Source: Octopus sinensis (Eukaryota). From it: a DNA stretch of 59,989 nt. Shown in pieces: positions 1 to 14,780 of the stretch. Location of the stretch: contig NW_021835452.1 of the NCBI RefSeq assembly GCF_006345805.1, positions 1 through 59,989 of the forward strand, given 5' to 3'. Position numbers and translations under genes: made by a program. The notes beneath the pieces were generated by a model. The model was given only the letters and a program-made list of their open reading frames with translations, did no database searches and had not been told where the DNA came from. Within the stretch, counting starts at the first letter, position 1; every line of letters begins with the position of its first letter.

Positions 1-33
1 CTGCAAATATGTGCAAGATTCTTAACCACATTG

Positions 34-360
34 CGACGCGTGGCTGAATTGTAAGAAGCTTGCTTCCCAGGCATATTGTTCCGGTTTCAGTCCCACTGCT
101 TGTCAGCTTGGGCAAGTGTTTTCTACTATAGTCTCGGGCCTGCCAGAGCCTTGTGATTTGATCTAGTAGACGGAAATGGAAAGAAGCGTTTATTCCTGCC
201 TCTCTTTGTCCCCTCCGGCCACTTGACCGCTGTTGGTGTGTTTACTTAGCGATTCAGCAAATGACATCGATAGAATAAGTACCAGCCTTAAAAATAAAAA
301 GAAGTATCGTGGTCGATTCATTCCACATAAAAAAAATCCTCAAGTCGTAGCCCCTGCATG
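34..360 (+). mobile_element. tRNA-derived SINE, family A, degenerate copy
   Basis: Aligns by eye to the better copies at 3325-3747 and 58817-59227 (gtttcagtcccactg, ttgggcaagtgt, gtagacggaaa, gatagaataagtac). Confidence 0.7.
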
Positions 361-408
361 GCCATATACAGTATATACAGTACATACATACATACATGCA
401 TACACACA

Positions 409-461
<53 letters not shown>

Positions 462-467
<6 letters not shown>

Positions 468-1115
468 GTCATCCCATAAGTTCTGTCTGATTTTACCGTT
501 TTATTAAAATTGAATGAAATTTGATAATATTTTAGAATTCTAATGGAATTAAAATTTATTTTTATGTATTTTACAGAATAATAGAATTAAAATTGCTTTG
601 ATTAAAACCCTTGCTAATATGGAAGTATCCAAAGAGCATTTCAGGCACATAATACCTTACTAGTACAAAAAAGGAAACTCTGCAGCCGAAGCGACTCGAA
701 ACATACACTCAGATTATGGGAAAGAATGCTTGTATGAAAGAACTTGCAGATGGTTTACAAAATTCCGAAGTGGAGATTTCAGCCTTGAAGATGAAGAGTT
801 CAGTTGAGTTTGATGATAAGCTCCTTGAGGCATTACTTGAAGAAACTCCTGCATTATCAGTTGAAGAATTGGCAATAAAGCTAAGGTCAAACCATAGATC
901 TGTTCATCGTCATCTTCAACAACTTAGAAAGGTTCCTAAACTTGTAAAATGGGTGCCTCATTAATTATCTGAAAGCAACCGCAAATCTCGTGTTGACATC
1001 TGCTCTTCTCTCCATTCTCGCGAACTCTTTTCACCCTTTTTGAATAGACTTGTGACTGGTGACGAGATATGGATCTTCTATCGAAATGATAAACGTTGTA
1101 AACAGTGGCTTGGTA
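462..1115 (+). pseudogene. mariner transposase fossil (5' TIR plus N-terminal half), truncated at a SINE
   Basis: TA plus TIR-like tcaggtcatcccataagttctg after a (TA)n tract. ATG at 619 gives MEVSKEHFRHII..KKGNSAAEATRNI..RWFTKFRSGDFSLEDE. KLVKWVPH (mariner WVPHEL motif) and LVTGDEIWI (first catalytic D) follow. Stops and frameshifts present. Confidence 0.85.
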
Positions 1116-1117
1116 AA

Positions 1118-1740
1118 AGCTCCAGGCAAAAGGCCCGACATTTTTGAGGAGGGAGCCAGTGTATTAGATCAACCCCAGTACACAACTGGTACTTAATTTA
1201 TCGACCCCGAAAGGATGAAAGGCAAACTCGACCTCGGCGGAATTTGAACTCAGAACGCTAAGACAAACAAACTACCGCTAAGCATTTTGCCCGACGTGCT
1301 AATGTTCCTACCAGCTTGCCGCCTTACGATAAACAAAATATTCTTTTTTATTCTAGGCACAAGGCCCGAAATATTTGGGTAGGGGCCAGTCGAGTAGATC
1401 GACTCCAGTAAACAACTGGTACTTAATTTATCGACCCCGAAAAGATGAAAGGCAAATTCGACCTCGGCGGAATTTGAACTCAGAACGTAGCGACAGACGA
1501 AATACCCATTTCTTTACTACCCACAAGGGGCTAAACACAGAGAGGACAAACAAGGACAGACAAACGGATTAAGTCGATCATATCGACCCCGGTGCCTAAC
1601 TGGTACTTATTTAATCGACGCCGAAAGGATGAAAGGCAAAGTCAACCTCGGCGGAATTTGAACTCAGAACGTAACTGCAGAGGAAATACCGTTAAGCATT
1701 TCGTCCGGCGCGCTTACGCTTCTTCCAGCTCGCCGCCTGA
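1118..1740 (-). mobile_element. three consecutive family-B SINE copies (1118-1323, 1354-1503, 1510-1737)
   Basis: The core actggtacttaatttatcgaccccgaaaggatgaaaggcaaagtcgacctcggcggaatttgaactcagaac occurs three times. Heads end in ccagctcgccgcc-like sequence. Confidence 0.85.
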
Positions 1741-1899
1741 ACTGGTATAAATATTGAAAGGGAAAAACATCCCTTATTAAATACCTGACCTAATACTTGG
1801 AAAAAATATGCTAAATATCAAAAATGATAATAATAATGATATAAATAGAAATGTAATAAAAAATCCAGTATATTTTACTGTATTGTACGTACTTTTGCA

Positions 1900-3250
1900 A
1901 TTTCATTATCATTGATTTTAGGGCAGATGGTTTTGTGAAATATTTTCAAAAATCCTTCAACTATGGACCACATTCTGTGGCTATAGGCTTAGGAGAAAAG
2001 TGAAGTAGAGTGTTAGCTTCATGAAAATCATCAAACACGGTTAGGAAATTATCAAGCAGTATTTGCTATTTATCTTTTTATTCTTCCAGATGGTTCCTTT
2101 TGTTTTAATACCACTTAATTATTTACTCTCCTACCATTTGCCAAGTTTCACGACAATATATCTGTTGAAGCTCACCTGGGCATGATGTGCAATACTGTTC
2201 TTGTTTCTGTCGAGTGGCAAGACGAAAAGTCGCTAACAATTCATTACATCAATAAGCCTCATTAGTTCGTGTATCCGTTCATAATTTTGCAGCTGAGGAT
2301 AAGGTCATTCGTCATCTTTAAGAAAAACGTCTATTGTCTCCAAGATATTCCCAAAACCTCTCAATGATATCTGCTGGACAGATATCATTAAAGTTATCTT
2401 CAATTTTTCGGTTCTTGTATAAAATTTCAGAACTGGCAGTAGGTGTTCTCATTTAAGCATAAAACATTGAGAATTTCAAGTGCAGGTTACTTAACATCTT
2501 CCTCTTCAACATTCAGGCAGCATGGTGTTCCCATTAATTGATATAGCGAATCGAGAGAAAGTCTAAGAAATTGGAATCACTTGTTAGAAGTGAATTTGAT
2601 TCTGCACTGCCTACCACCGCTTCGCCATTCAAAATGTTCCATCTACAGCAATGGTAACAAGTTTATTTAGTGCAATATCAGCAATTTCTAAATCTATCTC
2701 AAACACAATTTATTTCCAGTAAAACTTTATAAAACCTCCATTACACTTAGTCCAAAAGTTATTTTTTGATACAATCTCTTAGGGAGCAATTACTGCCGTT
2801 GCTGATTTATCTTCTATGGCTGTCTCTCTCCCAAGAAGTAGTCACGATGTAATGAAATTTTTGAAAACATTTAGCTCGTTCCCAGCTTGCAATATCAGTA
2901 TTGAAATTAGAGATAGGTCTCTTTGGAGGCTGACGTGAAACTGGCGCTTGTACCATAAGTTACTGAAGTTTTGTGCTTTATACTTTTGGTCGGATATTCT
3001 TACCACTTTAGCTTGAATATTATTATCTTTGAATGGTGTTGTATATTTTCAGCGAAGAGTGTGTTGTCAGAATATATTACCTTGATGATATTTTAGAGCA
3101 GCTGTTCATCCCGAGTCTCATGTTTTCCACAGAAATGTAACATAATTGACATTTTCTGTCTCATCTTAAGTCTCCAAGTTCTTCACTGTTCCTTTATTTA
3201 TTGTCCCCACCCCTTTTTGTATTGTAAACGCAATGTGATGTGATTTAGCG
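1900..3250 (-). pseudogene. heavily decayed hAT-superfamily transposase (SPIN/GTF2IRD2-like)
   Basis: Minus-strand fragments NKLVTIAVDG (compare hAT KLVSITTDGA), ERFWEYL..LETIDVFLKD and FLTVFDDFHE. Many stops, no continuous ORF. Confidence 0.4.
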
Positions 3251-3324
3251 ATATTAAGTCCAAGAAAGTCTACACTTCATTTTTTACTACACCTATCTTG
3301 AAGATTTCAGACGAATACACTCAT

Positions 3325-3747
3325 GCGCAGGAGTGGCTGTGTGGTAAGTAGCTTGCCAACCAGCCACATGGTTCCGGGTTCAGTCCCACTGCGTGGCATC
3401 TTGGGCAAGTGTCTTCTGCTATAGCCCCGGGCTGACCAAAACCTTCTGAGTGGATTTGGTAGACGGAAACTGAAAGAAGCCTGTCGTATATATGTATATA
3501 TATATATGTATATGTATGTGTGTGTGTATTTGTGTGTCTGTGCTTGTCCCCCTAGCATTGCTTCACAACCGATGCTGTGTGTTTACGTCCCCGTCACTTA
3601 GCGGTTCGGCAAAAGAGACCGATAGAATAAGTACTGGGCTTACAAAGAATAAGTCCCGGGGTCGATTTGTTCGACTAAAGGCGGTGCTCCAGCATGACCG
3701 CAGCCAAATGACTGAAACAAGTAAAAGAGTAAAAGCGAGTAAAGAGT
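3325..3747 (+). mobile_element. tRNA-derived SINE, family A, near full length
   Basis: A-box-like tggctgtgtgg, B-box-like ggttcagtccc, CORE-like ttgggcaagtg, internal (TA)/(TG) tract, 3' tail actgaaacaagtaaaagagtaaaag. Confidence 0.9.
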
Positions 3748-3799
3748 ATATGCATAGTTTTCTTTTGGTATGTTTAACATTTCATATCCAGGTCTTAGC

Positions 3800-4600
3800 T
3801 GAAACATCTTAGTCAATCTGTTTTAGAATTATTGGACATCTCTAGGAAAGTTTTTCTTCCAGAACAGCTCTCATCGAAATGTAGGATGTTGTTCTTACAG
3901 ATTTTTTTTTATCACGAATTATGATACACCGCTGTCATCTTTTTTGCTTTTTAGTACGTACTGTTTGAGAGATGCTACACGACGTTCGAATACTGTCTGC
4001 ACTAATCCCAAGCCACTACATCAATAATCTCTACTTCAGCTTCAGCATCGATGTAAGATTTTCCAGTTGGTGCAAGGATGTTGCAGATTTTAATGTCTAC
4101 GTAGTGTATTTCCTTTACAGACAAGTTAAATATCCCAAATGTTGGGATGTTATACGCTCGCATAAGAAATTCATTGTGGGATATTGTCTTCCTGCAACAG
4201 GAGAATACCGACTGCCATTAATTTTCTAAATGATAAACGAAATCTCAAGTTTAATATTATTCTCATTCAATTTTTTTAAAGTTTCGTGTAATATTCTTGG
4301 ATCATGTTATTATTGTTCACATCACAACAATGCCTAGGTATTCGTAACATATTTTATGCGGAACAGGGGAGATAGAAAGCCCATCGATGCACAGATTTTG
4401 GCTTTGAGGGACTGGTTTTCTATGTTCAGCAATCAAATACGAATTCTTCTTTTGACCAAATTTTATTCCTGTAGCAACTGGAAATGTTGTTAACTCCAGC
4501 ACTTTTCGATCGTAAGCATTTTTATCACGGATTTTCAATTTATCTACAAAGAAAATATAGTTCACATTGGCAGTCGTAGGTTAGCTATTGGATTTTTGTG
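3800..4600 (-). pseudogene. very old non-LTR retrotransposon RT-thumb remnant, possibly R4-like
   Basis: Minus-strand HKICYEYLGI (YKYLG-like), then AYNIPTFGIFNLSVKEIHYVDIKICNIL, which resembles the region after YKYLG in the 9.4-10.9 kb element. Weak similarity. Confidence 0.3.
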
Positions 4601-5505
4601 AAAGAAATGTAACGGATATGAAACCAAAATAAACAGAAATACAAAAATATGATTTTTTTGGAGTATTTATAACATAGCATGCGATCGTTCTGCTCTTACT
4701 TATGTAAGGATTGTTGTCCAGGTCTTTGTGAGTCTCTCAAAGTGAGCAATTCGGGTGGCAGGTTCTTTTGTCATGTGCATCTACTGCAGTAACAATGTGT
4801 GTTGAACAGAGTCGAATGCATTTCCATACTGTCACAATGATTTTCTGGTGTTTTCTATGTTGGCTTCTGACTGAACAGTCTTTTGTCACATTCACAGACT
4901 CACTGCTCTCCCCAACTGTCAACCCACTTGAGAAAAATAAAAAGACCGAAAAGACAGAGTCCCACAAACAAAGCGGGATCGACAGTGAGTCACAGAAAAG
5001 GAAATGGGCTCAATAGTTAAGAAGTTTACTTCGCAATAACGAGGCACCTGGTTGATCCCATTGCGTGTCATTTTGGCCATCTACCCATAACAAAGTGGGT
5101 CGTCTATCATAACTAGGGTAAAATTTGTGAGTGAAATTGCATAGATGGAAATTCATTAGTATCACATCACATGGGTTGTAACTGTATATCAATGATCCAT
5201 ACTGCTCGCACGGTGTCATACTGACCCCGACTGAGAATTACTGTAAATTTACACCTCTGAAATTCTCACCCCACAACACGTTAATTTAATCCGTAGATAG
5301 TTCAGTTGTTCCAATAACTGAATTAACTTTGTCGATATCAGCGGAGATCCATATGGTATTTTATACGAAAGTAAGACTCGGTGGACACAACTGGAACGCT
5401 TTTAATTCTAATTCTGTTCAATCACGTCTCAGAATATTGAAAAATATATGACTGTGGGAACAGGGATCAGTGAATCGAATATCGAACATTAACTACATAC
5501 TCTGT

Positions 5506-5553
<48 letters not shown>

Positions 5554-6082
5554 TGTGTGTGTGCATGTGTGTGTGTGTGTTGAGTACACAGTAATCTTTG
5601 GACTGAGTGATTCGAATATTACATTATGATGATGAATAGTGAATCAGAGAGAATCAAATATGTAGCGCAGTATAGGTTCTCTGGAAGGCTATAGATCTTT
5701 TTGTAAATATGTATGTATATAGAGAAACACACAGACACAAATCCAAGTTTATATACAGAAAAGCAAAGAGAACGAGAGAGAGAGAGAGAGAGAGAGAGTG
5801 AGAGAGAGAGAAAGCAGAGTGAGAGAGGAGAAGCAGAGAGAAATGGAGACAAATATATCTACATACATATATATATATATATATTTGCAACTCTGTACAT
5901 GCGCATGCACGTGTATAAATGTATATTTCTATTTATCTCTCTTTATCTCACTGCTTGCGCGTGTGTGTGTTTGAATGTGCGTATGTTATATATATATATA
6001 TATGTAATATATATATATATATATAATATGTATATATATATTATTATTGTTATATATATATATATGTTTATTTCTTTATTGC

Positions 6083-6245
6083 CCACAACGGCTAACCATA
6101 GAGGGGACAAACAAGGACATAGGGATTAAGTCGATTGGATCGACTCCAGTGCGTACCTGATACTCATTTAATCGACCTCGACGGAATTTGAACTCAAGCG
6201 TAGCGGCAGACGAAATATCTCTAATCGATTCCGCCAGCTCTTGGC
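6083..6245 (-). mobile_element. family-B SINE, internally deleted
   Basis: cccacaacggctaaccatagaggggacaaacaaggac..tcgacc..ggaatttgaactc..ccagctc matches other B copies. Confidence 0.75.
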
Positions 6246-6285
<40 letters not shown>

Positions 6286-6395
6286 GTGGGTGCATACCTG
6301 TATCCACGTATGTGTGTACGCTTATTATGGGTGGTTATATTTATATACATGTGGTGTGTGTAGGTGTTTCCTGTGTGTGGATGATTGAGAATGCG

Positions 6396-6455
<60 letters not shown>

Positions 6456-6914
6456 TATATATATATAATCTGCATATATATATATATATATGGGTGCGTA
6501 CGTGTATGCGCGTATGTATGTACGCATATATATGGGTGTATATATATATATACAAATGGGTGTGTGTATGTGTGTTTGAGTGTGCGTCTGTATAGATATG
6601 TGTGTGTGCGTGCGCACGCATCCATATTGTCCTTGGATTTTATCTGATGAGCAATCATTCCTGCAGACTGTATATCTCGAGGCGAATAAACTCCGTAAGG
6701 TTTGACCGGTCACTATCGCATGGCTGTTTTAATAACTGGGATTACTGTTGCGGTTTACCGGAGTTGAGAGAAATCGTATAAACGGAGAAGCGCAGTAAGA
6801 AGAAAATAAATAAAGATTCGTGGTACGTTGATATCAGCGAGGAAAATCTGACTCGGCTTTGATAAGTGAAGAAAAGGTAAAAAAACAAAACAAAAAGGAA
6901 AATGAAAATATGAA

Positions 6915-9245
<2,331 letters not shown>

Positions 9246-9425
9246 CGATTGAGATGAAGATAGTGTTAAATCTGAGATTTTGTTTAGCATTTATATAGAT
9301 TTCTATAATTTCTTGTTTTACTTAATTTAAAGAAAATAATTCCACTTGCGCGTGCTTTGGCTCTATTAACAAAAGTATTTTCTTCATTGAAACTGATTAT
9401 TATTATCATTATTATTATTATTATT

Positions 9426-10914
9426 CAGTAGTTTTATTTTTATTTTTATAGCGTGCTTTCACTTCACTACCGAGCGCAGCTCTGTGTGCCTTGGGTATGT
9501 GCTGTGATTTGTTGTGATGCTCTGATGGTTATTGTATGGAAAGTGTTCTGCGTAGGATGTGTGCAGTGCCTAGTAGTGCAATTTTCTGTATGTTATATGT
9601 GTTTGTAAGTCCTGGTGTTTTTGTTATGTATTTGTCTGATATTCTTTTATCATGCCTAATGCACCTACTATGATAGGAATTGTTTCTGTTTTCAGATTCC
9701 ACATTCTAGTTACCTCTATTTCCAGGTCTTTGTATTTTGAGAGTTTCTCCATTTCTTTTAGAGACACGTTGTCATCTGCCGGTACTGATACATCAATTAG
9801 AAAGCATTTTTTTTCTTCATGGTCTCTGACAACTATATCTGGTCTGTTGGCTTACTTTCTCTATCTGTGCGTATCGGCATATCCCAGAGTATGGTGCTTT
9901 CTCGTTTTCTGTGACCTTTTCTGGTGTGTGCCTATACCATCTTTTTTCTGTTGTTATTCCATAATGTTGGCATAGCTTCCAATGTATGTAAGTTCCAACT
10001 CTGTCATGTCTGTGAATATATTCCTGCTTAGCCAGGAACTGGGCAGCTAGAGATAATATGATTATTGTTTCTTGTCCATCTCCACATATTCTGCAGTTAC
10101 TTGTAATATTCTTTTCATTACATGTTTTTGGTAATTTCTGGTGGGGAGGCTTTGGTCTTGTGCTACAATTAAAAATCCCTCTGTTTCTGCTTTGAGTCCT
10201 GAGCTTCTCAACCATTGCTGGGATTTTTCTTTGTCTATTTCTTTTGCGTTTAGTTTAGTCCAGTATTTACCTGAAGGGGCTTTTCTTGCCATCGTTTTAT
10301 CATGGTTCGTTGCTGTTCTATTTTTAGTTTGGATTCATTTTTTATAGCTTTTGTTGTTTCTTCATCTTCTTCTTCTTCTTCATGTTTATTAGGTGGTATG
10401 ATTTCTTGTTTGTATTTGTCAGCTTCCTTAAATACTGAGAACAGTTTTTTTGTTTTGCTCGTGTTTTGCCGCTATCTGGATCAGTTTTCCTTCCTTCTGA
10501 AGTAGATATTTTTGCAGTCCTATGGTGGTTATTTTATAGTAGTTTTCCAGCTGTATAAGGCCTCTACCACCTTCTATACGTGTATATATAGTCTTTCTAT
10601 GTCAGATTTTGGGTGATGCATCCTAGATCCTGTTATTATTTTTCTTGTTTTCCTGTCTATTTTGGTCAGTTCATTTCGTGTCCAGTTAAGGATATTGTAG
10701 CTGTAACTTATAACTGGGACAGCTAAAGTGTTGATACCTATTATCTTGTTTTTAGCATTGAGCTCTGTGTTTAGTATTGATCTAACTCGTCTATAATATT
10801 CTTTTTTTATTTTCTCTTTCATTTGTGTGTGTTGTGTCGTATCTAGTTCATGGATTCCTAAGTATTTGTAAGTTTGGCTTTGGTCTAATTCTTTTATTTC
10901 ATTTGCTTCATCTA

Positions 10915-10916
<2 letters not shown>
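9426..10916 (-). mobile_element. 5'-truncated R4/Dong-type non-LTR retrotransposon (RT thumb, CCHC, restriction-like endonuclease, 3' UTR)
   Basis: Minus strand: QTYKYLGIHE, KEYYRRVRSIL..NKIIGINTLAVPVISYS..IDRKTRK..HHPKSDIERLY, CRICGDGQETI(N)HIISSC (across a frameshift), ANRPDIVVRDHEEKKCFLIDVSVPADD (PD..D RLE motif), KLSKYKDLEIE. Stop at 9529-9531. (ATT)n on both flanks. Confidence 0.88.
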
Positions 10917-10954
<38 letters not shown>

Positions 10955-10959
10955 TATTA

Positions 10960-10990
<31 letters not shown>

Positions 10991-11759
10991 TATCATTATT
11001 TGTGGCCCTAAACTCTTCAAGGCAGTGCTGTAGAATGATCGCACTCCAGTGACTTAAACAGGGAAAACAAAATTTAAATCAAAGAATTTTGCGAGTACCC
11101 GTTCTAATATACGTACATACAGTTACGTATATGAATACACACACACATACACACACACACTCACGCACTCTCTTTCAAACACACATACACACATACACAC
11201 ACAATCATACCTACATGGATATGTGAGTCTGTGCACCGCTGCCGTCGTCAACATCACCATATGAACTCACAGCAACATTGTCTTCATGAAAACGTTTGTG
11301 AATAACAAAATATGAATATAGAAGATATAAGAATCAATAACTTCAAACACCTCAAAAATTAATTATACCTAACATAATCAATAACAACCCTATAACAAAC
11401 AATATAATTATTTCACAGAGACTCGGCTCCACCGACCTCCCATTAAAGGGAGAGAAATCTATATGACAAATACTGTAAAAATTTTGTAATAAAGTGCAAA
11501 GCAGCAGCCATATTTTTATAATTAAATGAAAATGTAGTGTCACCAGTACTTTTAATAAGACAAAACAAAATAACATTCTCTATAGAAAAGCCATCGAAAA
11601 GAAATTAGCAACAAGAATAATACGGAAGTGGAAGAAAAAGATGGATGCTCGACTGGATCACAACTAAAAGAAAACAAAAATCCAACAAGATGGAAGCAGC
11701 TACAAGAACAACGAAAGGATGCAAAACAATAACCACAAGAATAATAATAACACATAAGT

Positions 11760-12075
<316 letters not shown>

Positions 12076-12554
12076 CCTTAGTAATTAGAATGTCAGCGAC
12101 AATAAGGTGTATACGAACAACATTTACAAACAATGATGTTCTTTTCTTTTTAATGTAACCATACTTATAGCGGCGAACATGCGAAGCAACAACAGCTAAA
12201 TGCAGGAATGTTAATCAGAAATAACAGATCTTGCACGACAGCAATGCAACGGCGCCATATCCTACAGAAAATACAGCAACAACACAAATGTTTAGCAGCT
12301 GCAACAATAGTGGACTTGAGAATATTATTAAGAGCAATATATAAGCAAAATTTGCTCCGTAAAGACCAGCGACATCTACAACAACGTTAAGTTCAAATGT
12401 ATTTTTATATAAAGTTACGAATTCACCCGCACCACCAACAACATTATCATCATCAACAACAATTACCATAAGCAGAGCAACAATAGTAAACAAACACCAC
12501 GGACGCTCCAAGATTCTTTCAGCTCGCTTTTTGATAATAACAATAATAACGGTA

Positions 12555-13090
12555 ATTCTTTCTGCTATAGGCACAAGGCCCCTAGTACGCAACTGGTATT
12601 TTAGTTCATCGACACCGAAAAGATAAAATGCAATGTCGACCTCAGCGGAATTTGAACCCAGAACGTAGTGACGGGTGAAATACTACTAAGCATTTCGTCT
12701 AGCATGCTAATGACAGAAAGTAGAGAAATAAATAAATAAATAAACATAATCCCCAATATAGGGGGCAGTTCACTTAGGGTACCCCAGGGTAAACCCCATA
12801 CAAAAATCCCGAGTAAGTCAATGACATAGACCCATAAAAAATGAGACGCTAATCATCGTGGGGGGAATTTCATCTCAGAACGAAAAGATGGAGCAAATTC
12901 TGATAACCAATTTTGCTAGCGTGCTAATGATTTTGCTAGCTCTTCGACAATAACATTGGATGCACAAGGCCTCAAATTTGGTGGGAGAGACTAGTCGACT
13001 ACATCGAGTACACTGTTTCACTGGTACTTAATTTATCGACCCCAAAAGATGAAAGGCAAAGACAACCTCGGAAAAATACGAAATCAGAAC
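12555..13090 (-). mobile_element. cluster of degenerate family-B SINE fragments
   Basis: ggcacaaggcc, actggta..tcgac, aaaggcaaag, ggaatttgaacccagaacg motifs at about 12560-12710 and 12960-13090. Confidence 0.7.
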
Positions 13091-13674
13091 GCAGCAACAA
13101 CTGCCATATATAATATTATAAACCAACACTGCAATTTTTAACTTTACCATCATTATTGGCATCATGCAGGACAGCGCAGAATCCAAAACAGCGCAGAGTT
13201 CTAGATGAACTGTATGATCCGAAAGAAAACAATTACTAAATATCAGGAGAAGCACAGCAACAATACCAATAACAACAATTATTAATACAACATGAATGAT
13301 AATACGAACAGCCAAGAATAACAAAAACAAAAAGATCAAGATAAACAAACACAACAGTAAAGGCCTAAAACAGACATGCGAAAAAAGTAAATAACCAACG
13401 AGTAATAAACGGGAACGAAAGCGACAAAAGAAGTCAGCAAGAATTGTAACAGCAACAACAACAAGAACAACGAAAGTATCTAAAGTTGTAGATGAAGAAG
13501 AAAAACGGCGAAAGACAAAATGCCTGTACTTATCCGTGTTCATGACTATGTTTACCTTTATAGGTACATATGTACGTTTCGATTTGTGTCTGTGTGTATG
13601 CATGTATGTATGTGTATATATATGTGTGTGTATGTGTTGTATGTCTGAGTAAGTATATTATATTGATATAAATA

Positions 13675-13706
<32 letters not shown>

Positions 13707-13727
13707 CGTGTATATATATATATACAT

Positions 13728-14403
13728 ATATCAACAATTGAGGGTAATTCTTTGTTTTTTTGGCTGCTATTTCTACTAAGTTCAGTATGTGGCAAAGTAA
13801 TTTATTTTACTAAGCCCAAATTATATAATGTAATATTTTGAATTCGCCTTAAATGGTCCTTTTACATACTGAACACTTGGTGAAATTGATTAATTAATTA
13901 ATTTTACCCTCAATTGTTGATATTATAATTCATTTCTCTCGGTCATACTGCCTCGGTTCTCGCGGTTAAAATATAATGTTTGCTAGATAGACCACGTGGG
14001 TGGAATGGGGAGTGCAGAGATTTACGCCTGCGCATTTTGAATTTGTTGACACTGTTTAGTTGGAGTGGTTCATCTGAAGCGACAAGTCGCTGATAGGTAA
14101 AGTTCCTTCTTTTTAGTGTTTCCAAATCCAAATTAAGAAATTTTGAGCTGACGAAAGAAATGCTGATTTTATTTGGCTAATCTTGAAACGTTGACGTACT
14201 CAAACGATCTATGTACTTGTGATATTTTTCTGTATTTACCTCCAAACCTTCGTGAGCTGTCTGGAGTAAACATTATCTGAGAGAAATTTTCTTTAAGTAG
14301 TAGAAATGCTAAGAATATTTTTTTTTTTTTTTTTTCGCTGCTATTTCTACTAAGTTCAGTATGTGGCAAAGTAATTTATTTTACTAAGCCGTAATTATAT
14401 AAT
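13728..14403 (+). mobile_element. hammerhead-containing retrozyme/Penelope pLTR-like element (574-bp unit plus about 60-bp terminal redundancy plus 20-bp inverted 5' end)
   Basis: 54-bp direct repeat at 13763-13816 and 14337-14390. 13728-13747 is the exact reverse complement of 13904-13923. Hammerhead at 14142-14204. (TA)n-rich flanks. Confidence 0.7.
14142..14204 (+). ncRNA. type I hammerhead ribozyme (predicted)
   Basis: Stem I tttgag(14142-47)/ctcaaa(14199-204); core CTGACGA 14148-54; stem II aaga/tctt extended by gctga/ttggc; GAAA 14185-88; stem III acgt-tg-acgt; GTA cleavage triplet ending at 14198. Confidence 0.8.
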
Positions 14404-14435
14404 ATATATACATATAATATTATATCATATACACG

Positions 14436-14480
<45 letters not shown>

Positions 14481-14489
<9 letters not shown>

Positions 14490-14780
14490 CATGTATATAT
14501 ATATACACAAACACACATATGCACTTCGTATTTCATGTTTACGTTTGTGACGTTATGCATCCATATATGCATATACATATACATATATATGTAAGGATGT
14601 ACGTATATGTATATATGCACATATGTATGTATTATCAATATGTATTATTATTTATATACGTACATACTTACCTATATATGTATATGTATATGCATATATG
14701 GGTGCATAACGTCACAAGCGTAAACATGAAATACGAAGTGCATATGTGTGTTTGTGTATATATTTACATGTATATATATA
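14481..14780. repeat. long inverted repeat, arms about 125 bp, spacer about 45 bp
   Basis: cacatatgcacttcgtatttcatgtttacgtttgtgacgttatgcatcc is mirrored by gggtgcataacgtcacaagcgtaaacatgaaatacgaagtgcatatgtg. An inner pair gtaaggatgtacgtata/tatacgtacatacttac also matches. Confidence 0.85.

Noticed and set aside
4768-5016. 82-aa ORF in unique sequence
   Set aside because: No domain, no clear splice context; length is compatible with chance.
6645-6700. Isolated CTGATGA-like cores (also at about 18985, 22135, 24675, 25530, 43110)
   Set aside because: No correctly placed GAAA, stem III and stem I.
13728-13923. MITE with 20-bp TIRs
   Set aside because: The internal sequence recurs at 14337 outside the putative right TIR, so an inverted 5' tip of a longer hammerhead element fits better.
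13943-14131. Protein-like minus-strand ORF (DLETLKRRNFTYQRLV...) with a possible acceptor site
   Set aside because: It lies inside and antisense to the hammerhead element, and the apparent acceptor is the reverse complement of the ribozyme core. No known homology.
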